A stretch of 64,000 bases of DNA from NCBI GenBank assembly GCA_964016885.1, contig OZ024743.1:377146001-377210000 (forward strand). The letters are read 5' to 3'. A model generated the notes under the pieces. The model saw nothing but the letters and a program-made list of their open reading frames with translations, was not told the origin of the DNA and ran no database searches. Every line of letters starts with the position of its first letter. The stretch's first letter is position 1. Position numbers and translations under genes: made by a program. This DNA is from Eledone cirrhosa. Its lineage: Eukaryota. Of the stretch, positions 52,780 through 64,000 are shown piece after piece.

Positions 52780-55700
52780 CTACAGGATGGTATACAGAGA
52801 AGGTCCATTTACACGAGCCATTCTCGCCACTATCACCCACCTTTCATAAAACTGCCTGTGGCCAAGCACCTCTCTCTCCATTCTTATCCTTCTTCCGAAG
52901 TGATATCGGAAGAAGTAGACCAGACTATGGCCAGAGAGGAAGTTGCCTGACCTCAGACCTTTCAATCGTGTCCACCAAACAACCTCTTTCAACATGGCTA
53001 TTACGCACAGAAAAACCGCCTTTGCTTCCTTTGTGAAGAGGGGAGGCAGTTTGATTGTCATCACGGACTCGGCGGTCAATTGAATCGGCGCCACCCGCGA
53101 CAGCAGTCGTTCGGCGTAGCCCCACAGATCAGCCTCGCCCGGACATTGCACCAATGCGTGCGCAACGGTTTCTTCGTGACGCACGCATCTAGGGCAAATC
53201 TTTTTCAAGGGATCCCTGCCCGGGCGCCCGTGTCTGTAGAGCCTCTCTCGAACGGGTAGAGCCCCCCGGTAGCACTGCCAGGCTAGTGACTTCTGGAAGT
53301 TGTCCATTGGTCCCGGGCCGAAAGTCCTACCGAACAGGCTGACCAGTTCGTCCTCTTCCATGTCCAGCGACTCTCCAAGGGTGTCATCGCCCCTGCTAGC
53401 CACCAGCCCTCTATAGAATGATGAGGTGGATTCTCCACCGATGGCCTGGCCCGCTTGCCAGAGAGCCCTGAGCGCCTGAGCACACTCAGTGTGCCAGTCT
53501 CCCAGTTTTGCGGATCTTTGCTTGACCCAGGACTGCAGCTCGGTGAGCGAGACGAGTCTCGGAAAGGCTCGTTTCACGAACGGAGCCCACACCGGTTGAC
53601 CAGTGCGGAATACCTGTAGGTGCCGTAGCCTTAATGCGTGCCTATGCATCATCAACCACGGCATTCCCAGCCCTCCTTTCGAAGGTTGTTGGCAGCAGAT
53701 GGATCTTCTCACCATAGGAGGGCGCTTCTTCCAAAGAAATTGGAAGAGCATGCGTTCCATGGTGGTGAGTGTTTCCTTAGAGCAAGGCACGACAGTCAGG
53801 CGGTAGTAAGTGACGGACGCTATGTAAATGTTCGCCACCTCCTCCCGGCCTTTTAGGGACAGCTTACACTTGGCCCATTTCTGGGTTAGTGCAAACACCT
53901 TGTTTGTAACCTCGTCCCAGCTCTTATCCACCTGGAGGTCCGGTCCAAACCAGACCCCAAGCAACTTTACCGGGCCCTCCGTCCAGTGTCCGACGACACC
54001 GTCGGGAGGCATCGGTCTGCCTCTTCACGTTCCGAGTTGCAGCCCGATGGATTTTTCCCGGTTCAGTTTCGCTCCTGACAACCTTTCGTAATCCTCCAGT
54101 AAGGTACCGATCGCCTCGATCTCCGAGTCGGTCGATACCATTACTGTTACGTCATCGGCGTAGGCCGACACCGATTTGCTCAATCCTGGTTCCAGGGGGA
54201 TACCCTGCAACAACTCTAACTTCCTCAGTAAAGGCTCGAGAGTCAATACGTACAGAAGGGAGGAGAGAGGGCACCCCTGTCGAATGGATCGTGTGATTTC
54301 GAACGGCTTCGAAAGGTAGCCGTTCACCTTGATCCTAGAACAGATGTGGTTGCTATGTAAGGCAGTGATCCAGCCTCTGAAAACAGGACCGAACCCAGCC
54401 GCCGCTAGCACCGCATCCAGGTAACCATGGTCGACCCTATCGAAGGCCTTAGACTGATCCAAGTTGATCAGGGCCCCACCGAAGCCGGGTTTGTTGCCAA
54501 CCCTCTCTATGATGTATCGCATGAGGTGGAGGTTATCGTGAATGGACCTGGATGGGATAGCACATGTCTGCGCATCTCCCACCAGGCTACCCACGATAAG
54601 CGCTAACCTCTTTGCTAACACCTTGGCCAAAATCTTTAACTCTGTGTTTAGCAGGGTTATGGGCCGAAAATTATTTATACTATCCCCCTTGTTCTCGTCC
54701 TTCCTCACCAGCGAGACTACGCCCTTGGCTACAGAACAAGGAATTCTCCCGTTCTGCTGCCAATTGCAGTAGACCGCTTCGAGGAGTTCGGAGAAGAAGA
54801 CCGTAATTGCTAAATAAAGTTCGTAAGGTATACCATCGAGACCTGGAGATTTGCGTCTGCTGCATTGGCTCAGCGCATCTCCGATCTCATCAGCCGAGAT
54901 TGGTCCCTCGCAGGACTCTGCCTCTTCGCTCGAGAGACGCGGCAGGCCGTCGAGGTATGGACCGAAATCCGCGTCCCCGCCCGGACCCTCGTCTCCCCCG
55001 AATAATCGGGCAAAGTGCCTTTGAAAGGCCTCGCACATCTGCTTAGGCTCCCGGATCACCTGTCCATCCTCGTCTTGCAACGACCGGATGGTGGATCGAT
55101 TTCCACTCTTAGCTTCTGTCATGCGGGCCCAGCCAACGGCTTTGGCCCCCTCATTACCTAGAGCACGTATTTTACTTCGAATGACGCAGCCTTCGTGCTT
55201 TGCATCGAAAAACTGGTTCAAGGCCGTCCTCGATGCCAGCACTCTGGCCACATCTTCGCTCTTGATTGCCTCTTCTAATTTACCTGTTAATTCTTTCTCG
55301 TTTCTATTCCTATCGGCAGCTAACATCTTGCTATAACTTATTGATTCTGTTCTAATCTCTCTTTTGAGAGATGCCCACCATCGGTTGTTGACGATTGCAC
55401 CCGTCAACCTCTCCTTAACTAATCTGCTAATCCGGTTTCTGTAAGTCTCTTTTGCCGGTAAAGACAAATTAAGTTTCCAGTAACCGGGACCCTGTTTATG
55501 TGTTTTCTCGAGATTGACTACGCAGGTCACTAATTTGTGATCCGTATAGCCAACCGTGCGCATTTCTGGACAGCTTAATGTGTCCCTATCCTTACTTCTA
55601 ACTAAGAATCTATCTAAGTACGATCTAGATTGACCACTGTGGTTTCTCCAAGTCCAGGTAGGCACAGTTGGAAAATCTAGTCGATATCTATCGACCAAGT

Positions 55701-56217
55701 TAAAACGGTCGAGTAACCCCTTGAGGCTGTTACACCCCCCTCTATTAGGACATGCTCCTGCATAGTCCCAACGTGCATCTAGGATGTCATTCCAATCCCC
55801 CGCTAGAAGCAGGGAACGCGACGTTCCCAGAAAAGTCTCCAAACGCTGGAAGAAGTCGGGCCGTTCAGCTCCGAAAGGGGAGTAGACGGCGACCAGTCTC
55901 AAGGCCACACCTTCACTACTGCCAACGTCTAGCACCAACAAACGACCTCCCGGGTCCGAGTGAACAACCTGTACGGCAAGACCCAGGTGTTTTTGCAGCA
56001 GTACGACAACCCCACCCCCACCTCCAGGTTGACAGAGAGATGCATGCACCTCAAAGTCATCGAAGGTAGGGGCCAGCTGCCGCACGACGCTGATCCGAGT
56101 CTCACAGATAACCATTACATTTATACCACATGACCTGAGGTCATTTAGAAGCTTTGCTTGCTTCCAAGTTGAGCCCAGGCCACGTGCATTCAAACATCCT
56201 ACTCTTAACACATCCAT
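52780..56217 (-). pseudogene. Tx1-type ORF2: AP endonuclease + RT + C-terminal CCHC; one in-frame TGA at 54025-54027
   Basis: CLNARGL, ICET, AGDWN, SYLDRF, TDH; KSPGLDG, LDQSKAFDRVDH, RQGCPLS, YADD; CPRC..HALVQC. The two listed ORFs are in frame; copy E has TGG (W) at the stop. Confidence 0.92.
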
Positions 56218-56250
56218 GTGGGCGGCAGAGCCAAAGGAGAGTGTAGAGAC

Positions 56251-58147
56251 CTACCTTTCTGCTTCCCGGGGTTCGGGTCGCACGACTTCCATGGGGTCGG
56301 GGGTGTTGGGTGAAGGGATTTCTTGTGGTGGTGTGGGGTCGTCAGTGTGTGGTGGGGTTGGGGTGTTTGGAGTTGTGTTGGGGAGGGGAAGGGGAGGGGG
56401 AAAGCTTTTTAGTAGGACGCGGTTTATGGGTTTGACAGAGGGTGGTCCTACGTCCTCCTTAAAATCCTTTTTTAGTTTTTGGTAGAGGTTCATTGGGATC
56501 TTTATTAATTTTAAATGTGGGTAGTTTTCTGAAGAAACAAAGTTTACACCTTCGGTTTGTACCGAAGGATTATTGTTTATGAGTTCATTTAATTTATTAT
56601 TGTTTCTGTTGATGTAAGTATAGTGTAATGTCTTTTTTTCGGATGGTGTGAGTGTTTCGAAGAGGGGAGGGGCAGGTTTGGTTTTGTTTGTTGCTGGAGG
56701 GGTGTTTTGTGTTTTGTTGGATTGTGTTGACATTTGGGTGGGGGTTGTTTGGCCTTGTGTGTTTTGCACATGTTTTCTTTTTTTCCTTTTAATCTGTCTG
56801 AAGGACTCCGTTTCTTCCTCCGAATTCGTTGGGTTATCTTCAGTGTTGGAGGGAAGAGGTATGTTTGCTGGTAATGTTTCCGTGTTGGTTTTCTTTGTGG
56901 GGGAGATGGATGTCACTATGTTAGACTGTGTTGTGTGTTGTGGCTGCGGTGGTTGTGTTGTTTTATTGAGTGAGGGGTTGGGTGGGCCTGTATTTTGTTT
57001 TGGGGTAATGTGTTGTGACTGTTTGTGTTGTGGTGGTGGTGTAGTTTTACTGAGGGACGGGTTGGGTGGGACTGAGTTTTGTTGTTTGTTTACCTGTTGT
57101 GGTGGTGGTGGTGGAGCTGGTGTTGGTAGCAGGGTTTTCTTTTTGTTGAGTTGGGGACAAGCCGCCTTCAGGTGCCCTCTGCCTGCACAGATATGACAGG
57201 ACGGCCTTCTCCCCTCCACGCTAATGTTTATATACCTGTGGCCCTCTAATAGGATTCTGTCGGGTATTTGGGCGATGCGTTCAGGCTTCATTTGCACTAC
57301 ACCTGTTCCACTGAACGCATTGCCTGTGGTTTTCCCAATGGAAATCACGTTGTCATTCGCTGGATCGATGAAGCCAGCTATGAGCCAGCAGTAGTCCACA
57401 TCTGGCATCATTGCATCCAGCCATATGCGTTGAGTTCTTTTACCCATATAAGATGGATAAAAGGTAAAAATTTTCGAACGAATCGGTGACAAAGCACATT
57501 TTTTTGCCGCCGATTCGTTCTTCATAATAATCGCTAGGCTTCCATACAGTCTGTCTTTTCTTATGAAAGTGGTTTCATTAAGTACTTCTGTGAGTACTGT
57601 TTTGATATCTGTTTGAGTTGGCTGTTCAGGTTTTTTAGAAGTGTTGTTGATGGTGCGGAAAACGACCGTTCGACTTTCAATGTCTTTGGTGAGTTCTTGA
57701 GGCATTTTTACCGATAAAATACCATTCTCTCCTTCAGTTATATATTGTTTGGCGTCTGCAATTCTTTGTGCCACATCTGAAATATTTTCAGGTATATATG
57801 TCAAAGATTTCTTTGCTGTTTGTGCAAATGAAATCTTATTGGTGTTGATTTTGTCGTCTGCTTTGCTTTCTGTTATGATGTTGTTTTCAAATGTTATTTT
57901 TGTGTTTGTCTTTGTTTGTGGTATTAATATTGTCATGCAATTTTTCAAATTTTTTTTTTTCGGTGTTGGAATCCATGTCCAGATTTGTGTTTTCGTCATT
58001 TTTCTCCGCAGATTCGTCTGTTTTTATTTTATTTTTTCCTTCCTTCTCTATGACGTTAGTTGGGAAGGAAGGGGGGACTAAAGCGTGCGAGCTTACAACT
58101 CTTACCGCTGTCCCCCCACCACTATTTTCGTTAGCTTCGTTTAACAT
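56251..58147 (-). CDS. Tx1-type ORF1 (gag-like, zinc knuckle), probably frameshifted near 57890-57960
   Basis: CHICAGRGHLKAAC knuckle; ATG at 58147 (86-aa ORF) overlaps the 582-aa frame; ends 33 bp before the ORF2 ATG. Confidence 0.75.
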
Positions 58148-58400
58148 TTCTGTCAGACGATTGAAATTTTTTATGCCACAAAATTTTTAAAAACAGGTTT
58201 TTCACCCCTGGAAGGGGTAAAGATGAGCTGACCCACCGCCTGACAGTTCAGACGGGGAGTCAAGCTACACAATAGTATCAAAATTAAAATTGAACTTACA
58301 AAATTTCCGCAATAAATTTGAACCAAACTTCTGCGCGAAGTGAATTACATCTACGCTGTAGAACAGACGACAGCTAGATTAATCGATAGATAGATAGATA

Positions 58401-58451
58401 TATTTCTTTATTAGCCACAGGGGCACAAAAGAAGGGGACAAATACAAATAC
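58401..58451 (-). mobile_element. ~50-bp extreme 3' end of a Tx1 copy
   Basis: Matches 52563-52610; flanked by aatcgatagatag on both sides. Confidence 0.8.
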
Positions 58452-58456
58452 AAATC

Positions 58457-58519
<63 letters not shown>

Positions 58520-58521
<2 letters not shown>

Positions 58522-58700
58522 TTTTCGTCATTTTTCTCCGCAGATTCGTCTGTTTTTATTTTATTTTTTCTTTCCTTCTCTATGACGTTAGTTGGGAAGG
58601 AAGGGGGGACTAAAGCGTGCGAGCTTACAACTCTTACCGCTGTCCCCCCACCACTATTTTCGTTAGCTTCGTTTAACATTTCTGTCAGACGATTGAAATT
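58520..58700 (-). mobile_element. Isolated copy of the Tx1 5'UTR/ORF1 start between (GATA)n tracts
   Basis: Near-identical to 57988-58168. Confidence 0.85.
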
Positions 58701-58711
58701 AGATAGATAGA

Positions 58712-59393
58712 TATGTTTCTTTTATTTGCCACCAGGGCATCAAAAGTGGGACAAGTACAATGGGGGGAGTTTACACAAACAGGCGTCCTCAATAAGGAGG
58801 AGGCAATAACAAAATATAAAAATAAAATAAAATATAACAAAAAATAAAATTTATAACAAAATCCTCAATAGAGAGGAGGCGCCTTGGGGGGTCACACACA
58901 CCCCCGAAAAAAGTGTGCAACCCTTTTCCTCAGGAGCACAGAGAGAGGGTGCTCCCTCGTTCCTTCCTCTTTTCCACCTACAGGTTTATGTAAAGAGAAG
59001 GCCCATTCACACGGACCATTCTCGCCACTTTCACCCACCTTTCATAAAAACGACTGGGGTGGAGCACCTCTCTCTCCATCCTGATCCTTCTTCCGAAATG
59101 ATATCGGAAGAAACGGACCAGTTGTTGGCCAGAGAGAAAGGTGCCTGACCTCAGTTCTTTCAGACGCGTCCACCATACAACCTCTTTCGCCATGGCTATT
59201 ACGCACAGAAACACCGCCTCTGCTTCATCTTTGAAGGGGGGAGGCAGCTTGATCATTACAATAGACTTGGTGGTCAACCGGATCGGTCCCACCCTTGACA
59301 GCAGTTGTTCGACATAGCCCCACAGATCGGCTACGCCCGAGCAGTGTACCAGTGCGTGTGCAACGGTTTCCTCGTCGCACACGCATCTGGGAC

Positions 59394-59397
<4 letters not shown>
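58712..59397 (-). mobile_element. 5'-truncated Tx1 copy C
   Basis: ORF2 C-terminus ([18 protein letters not shown]..) + 3'UTR; (GATA)n on both sides. Confidence 0.9.
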
Positions 59398-59454
<57 letters not shown>

Positions 59455-59457
59455 TAG

Positions 59458-59530
<73 letters not shown>

Positions 59531-59531
<1 letters not shown>

Positions 59532-60537
59532 CTTTCTTTTTATTTGCCACCAGGGCATCAAAAGTGGGACAAGTACAAAGGGGGGAGTTTACATGCAAAG
59601 GCGTCCTCAATATGGAGGAGGCAATAACAAGATATAAAAGTATAAAAATAAAATAAAATATAACAAAATAAATATTATAACAAAATCCTCAATAGGGAGG
59701 AGGCGCCTTGGGGGGTCGCACACACCCCCGAAAAAAAGTGTGCAACCCTTCTCCTCAGGAGCACAGAGAGAGGGTGCTCTCTTGGTCTTTCATCTTCCTC
59801 ACCTATAGTCTGATGTAGAGTGAAGGCCCATTCACACGGGCCATTCTCGCCTCTTTCACCCATCTTTCATAAAAACGGCTGGGGTGCAGCACCTCTCTTT
59901 CCATCCTGATCCTTCTTCCGAAATGATATCGGAAGAAACGGACCAGTTGTTGGCCAGAGAGAAAGCTGTCTGACCTCAGTCCTTTCAGACGCGTCCACCA
60001 TACAACCTCTTTCGCCATGGCTATTACGCACAGAAACACCGCCTCTCCTTCGTTTTTGAAGAGGGGAGGCGGCTTGATCGTTACAATAGACTCGGTGGTC
60101 AACCGGATCGGTCCCACCCTTGACAGCAGTTGTTCGACATAGCCCCACAGATCGGCAATGCCCGAGCAGTGTACCAATGCGTGTGCAACGGTTTCCTCGT
60201 CGCACACGCATCTGGGACAGATCTTTTTCGAGGGGTCCCTACCCGGGCGCCCGTGTCTGTAGAGCCTTTCTCGAACGGGCAGAGCCCCTCGGTAGCACTG
60301 CCAGGCCAGGGACCTCTGGAAGTTATCCATGGGTCCTGGGCTGAATGTCCTACCGAACAGGTTGACCAGTTCGTCTTCCTCCATGCCTAGGGCTTCTCCG
60401 AGGGCGTCGTCGCACCTGCTAACCACCAGCCCTCTATAGAATGACGAGGTGGATTCTCCACTGACAGCCGGGTCCGCCTGCCAGAGAGCCGTGAGCGCCT
60501 GGGCACACTCGGTGTGCCGGGCGCCCAGTCGCCCAGA
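59531..60537 (-). mobile_element. 5'-truncated Tx1 copy D
   Basis: ORF2 C-terminal ~240 aa + 3'UTR; (GATA)n on both sides. Confidence 0.9.
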
Positions 60538-60538
60538 C

Positions 60539-60610
<72 letters not shown>

Positions 60611-60611
<1 letters not shown>

Positions 60612-63600
60612 TGTTTCTTTTATTTGCCACCAGGGCATCAAAAGTGGGACAAGTACAATGGGGGGAGTTTACAAAACAAGGCGTCCTCAATAAGGAGGAG
60701 GCAATAACAATATATAAAAATAAAATAAATAAAATTTATAACAAAGTCCTCAATAGAGAGGAGGCGCCTTGGGGGTCGCACACACCCCCGAAAAAAGTGT
60801 GCAACCCTTCTCCTCAGGAGCACAGAGAAGGGGTGCTCCCTTGGTCTTTCATCTTCCTCACCTATAGTCTGATGTAGAGTGAAGGCCCATTCACACGGGC
60901 CATTCTCGCCACTTACACCCATCTTTCATAGAAACGGCTGGGGTGCAGCACCTCTCTCTCCATCCTGATCCTTCTTCCGAAATGATATCGGAAGAAACGG
61001 ACCAGTTGTTGGCCAGAGAGAAAGCTGTCTGACCTCAGTCCTTTCAGACGCGTCCACCATACAACCTCTTTCGCCATGGCTATTACGCACAGAAACACCG
61101 CCTCTCCTTCGTTTTTGAAGAGGGGAGGCGGCTTGATCGTTACAATAGACTCGGTGGTCAACCGGATCGGTCCCACCCTTGACAGCAGTTGTTCGACATA
61201 GCCCCACAGATCGGCAATGCCCGAGCAGTGTACCAGTGCGTGTGCAACGGTTTCCTCGTCGCACACGCATCTGGGACAGATCTTTTTCGAATGTCCTACC
61301 GAACAGGTTGGCCAGTTCGTCTTCCTCCATGACTAGGGCTTCTCCGAGGGCGTCGTCGCACCTGCTAACCACCAGCCCTCTATAGAATGACGAGGCGGAT
61401 TCTCCACTGACAGCCGGGTCCGCCTGCCAGAGAGCCGTGAGCGCCTGGGCACACTCGGTGTGCCAGGCGCCCAGTTTTCTCGGTCTTTGCTTGACCCAGG
61501 ATTGCAGCTCGGTGAGTGAGACGAGTCTGGGAAAGGCTCGCCTCACAAACGGGGCCCACACCGGTTGACCGGAGAGGAATACCTGAAGGTGCCGTAGCCT
61601 TAATGCGTGTTTACATATCATTAGACACGGCATCCCCAGCCCTCCTTTCGAAGGGTGTTGACAGCAGATGGATCTCCTCACCATAGGAGCCCGCTTCTTC
61701 CAAAGGAATTGGAAGAGTGCGCGCTCCATTTTGGCGAGCGTTTCCCTTGGGCAAGGCACGACGGTCAGGCGGTAGTAGATGACGGACGCTATATAAGTGT
61801 TCGCCACCTCCGCCCGACCTTTCAGGGACAGTTTGCACTCGGCCCACTTCTGGGTCAGTGCAAACACCCTGTTCGTCACCTCACCCCAGTTCTTCTCCAC
61901 CTGGAGGTCTGGTCCGAACCAGACCCCGAGCAACTTCACCGGGCCCTCCGTCCAGCGCCCGACGACGCCATCGGAGGGCATCGATCTGCCCCTCCACGTG
62001 CCGAGTTGCAGACCGATCGACTTGTCCCGGTTCAGCTTAGCCCCTGTAAACCTTTCGTACTCCTCCAGTAAGGTGCCGATCGCCCCGATTTCCGAGGCTG
62101 TCGACACCATTACTGTTACGTCATCGGCGTAGGCTGACACTGCTTTCCGCAATCCCGGTTCCAACGGGATGCCCTGCAACAACTCCAACTTCCGCAGCAG
62201 TGACTCTAGAGTCATTACATACAGAAGGGAGGAGAGAGGGCACCCCTGTCGGATGGACCGCGCGATTTCGAACGGCTCCGAGAGGTAGCCGTTCACCTTG
62301 ACCCTAGAGCAGATGTGGCTGCTGTGCATGGCATTGATCCAGCCCCTGAAAACGGGTCCGAAGCCTGCCGCCGCTAGCACCGCATCCAGGTAACCATGGT
62401 CGACCCTATCGAATGCCTTAGATTGATCCAAGTTGATCAGGGCCCCACCAAAGCCGGGTTCGTTCCCAACCCTCTCTATGATGTATCGCATGCGGTGGAG
62501 GTTATCGTGGATGGACCTGCACGGGATAGCACATGTCTGCGCATCTCCCACCAGGTTGCCCACGACAAGCGCCAATCTCTTTGCTAGCACCTTGGCCAAA
62601 ATCTGTAACTCTGTATTTAGCAGAGTTATGAGCCTGAAATTATTTATATCGTCCACCTTGTTCTCGTCCTTCCTCACTAGCATGACTACGCCCTTGGTCA
62701 CAGCACAGGGAATTCTCCCGTTCTGTTGCCAGTTGCAGTAGACCGCCTCGAGGAGTTCGGGGAACAAGTCCGGCATAGCTAGATATAGTTCGTATGGAAG
62801 ACCATCGAGACCCGGGGATTTGCGTTTGCCGCATTGGCTCAGCACGTCCTCTATCTCAGCGGCTGAAATCGGCTCCTCGCAGGACTTCGCCTCCCTGTCC
62901 GAGAGACGCGGCAGGCCTTCGAGGTATGGACCGAAGTCCACGTCCCCAACAGGCCCCTCGCTCCTTCCGAACAATCCGGCAAAGTGCTTTTGAAAAGCCT
63001 CGCACATCTGCTTAGGTTCAAGGATCACCCGTCCATCCTGGTCTCGCAAAGACCGGATAGTGGATCTGCTCCCTCTTTTGGCTTCTGTCACGCGGGCCCA
63101 GCTAACAGCTTTGGTCCCTCGTTTCCCAGAGCACGTATTTTGCTTCGGACGATGCAGCCTTCGTGTTTCGCGTCGAAGAACTGGCCCAGGGCCGTTCTCG
63201 ACGCTAGCACTCTGGCCACGTCGCCGCTTCTAATTGCCTCTTCTACACTATCTACCAACTCCCTTTCCTTCCTATTTCTATTGGAGGCTAACTCCTTACT
63301 AAATTCTATAGAGACTACTCTAATCTCTCTTTTGAGAGATCCCCACCACCTGCTGTTGACGATGGCGCCCGTCAACCGCTCCTTAACTAAAGTGCTAATC
63401 CGGTCCCTGTAAGCCTTACTTGCCGGTAAGGACAAGTTGAGCTTCCAGTAACCGGGTCCCTGTCTATGAGTTCTGTCAAGGTTGATCATGCAGGTCACTA
63501 ACTTGTGGTCTGAATAGCCAACCATGCGCATTTTTGGACAACTTAAAAAGTCCTTATCCTTAATTCTAACTAAGAACCTATCTAGGTACGACCTAGATGA

Positions 63601-64000
63601 TCCGCTACGATTTGCCCAAGTCCAGGTTGGCGCAGTCGAAAAATCTAGTCGATATCTATCGGCCAGGTCAAATCGACCGATTAACCCTTTGAGGCTATTA
63701 CACCCCTCTCTATCGGGACAGGCCCCTACGTAGTCCCAGCGTGCATCTAGGATACCATTCCAGTCCCCCACTAATAGCAAGGAGCGGGACGTCCCTAGAA
63801 AAGTCTCCAGACGATGGAAGAAGTCCGGCCGCATTGACCCGAAAGGGCCGTAGGCGGCTACCAACCTAAACGCTCCGCCTTTACCACTGCCAAGGTCCAG
63901 AACCACTAGTCGACCCTCCGGGTCCAAATGTACCATCTGTGTTGCGAGACCCAGATGTTTTTGCAGCAGAACGACAACTCCACCCCCACCTCCGGGCTGA
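60611..64000 (-). mobile_element. Long Tx1 copy E (continues past the window end); ORF2 disrupted
   Basis: APE 63088-63936, RT 60926-63091; frameshift near 63100 and a 113-bp deletion at ~61291 relative to copy D (60232-60344). Confidence 0.92.

Larger units (their letters stand above)
52564..58374 (-). mobile_element. Full-length Tx1/L1-clade LINE (copy A) in a (GATA)n target
   Basis: 5'UTR, ORF1, ORF2, 3'UTR with AATAAA; TSD-like tagat(c/t)aatcgatagata(a/g)ataga at 52537-52560 and 58375-58398. Confidence 0.9.

Noticed and set aside
56216-63733. Plus-strand ORFs opposite the Tx1 elements
   Set aside because: Antisense shadows of GC-rich or low-complexity coding sequence.

Overview
Repeat-dominated eukaryotic DNA with no convincing host protein-coding exon. 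The SINE families and very dense (TA)n/(CA)n/(ATAC)n/(GATA)n microsatellites suggest an octopus or other cephalopod; this is inferred from recognition, not a search. Nearly all ORFs in the supplied track are microsatellite artefacts, and the real coding content is retroelements. (1) An apparently intact R4/Dong-clade RT+RLE LINE (ORF 29298-32807) plus two 5'-truncated copies, all ending in (ATAC)n. (2) A head-to-tail stack of Tx1/L1-clade LINEs (52.5-64 kb, minus strand), each separated by (GATA)n. (3) Four Penelope-like GIY-YIG remnants, three with the Naiad-type CxCx5C linker. (4) CRE-like and RTE fragments, bipartite non-autonomous RTE derivatives with (TGTA)n tails, a mariner fossil and MITE, and tRNA-derived SINEs. 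The main signal missed by the ORF track is about 17 type-I hammerhead ribozymes with intact CUGANGA/GAAA/UH cores, plus about 7 variants. They lie in non-coding units between (TA)n tracts. Several form ~430-530 bp partially tandem, retrozyme-like monomers or fold-back inverted repeats with a shared architecture, and related copies show stem covariation. Each retroelement class sits in its own microsatellite type.
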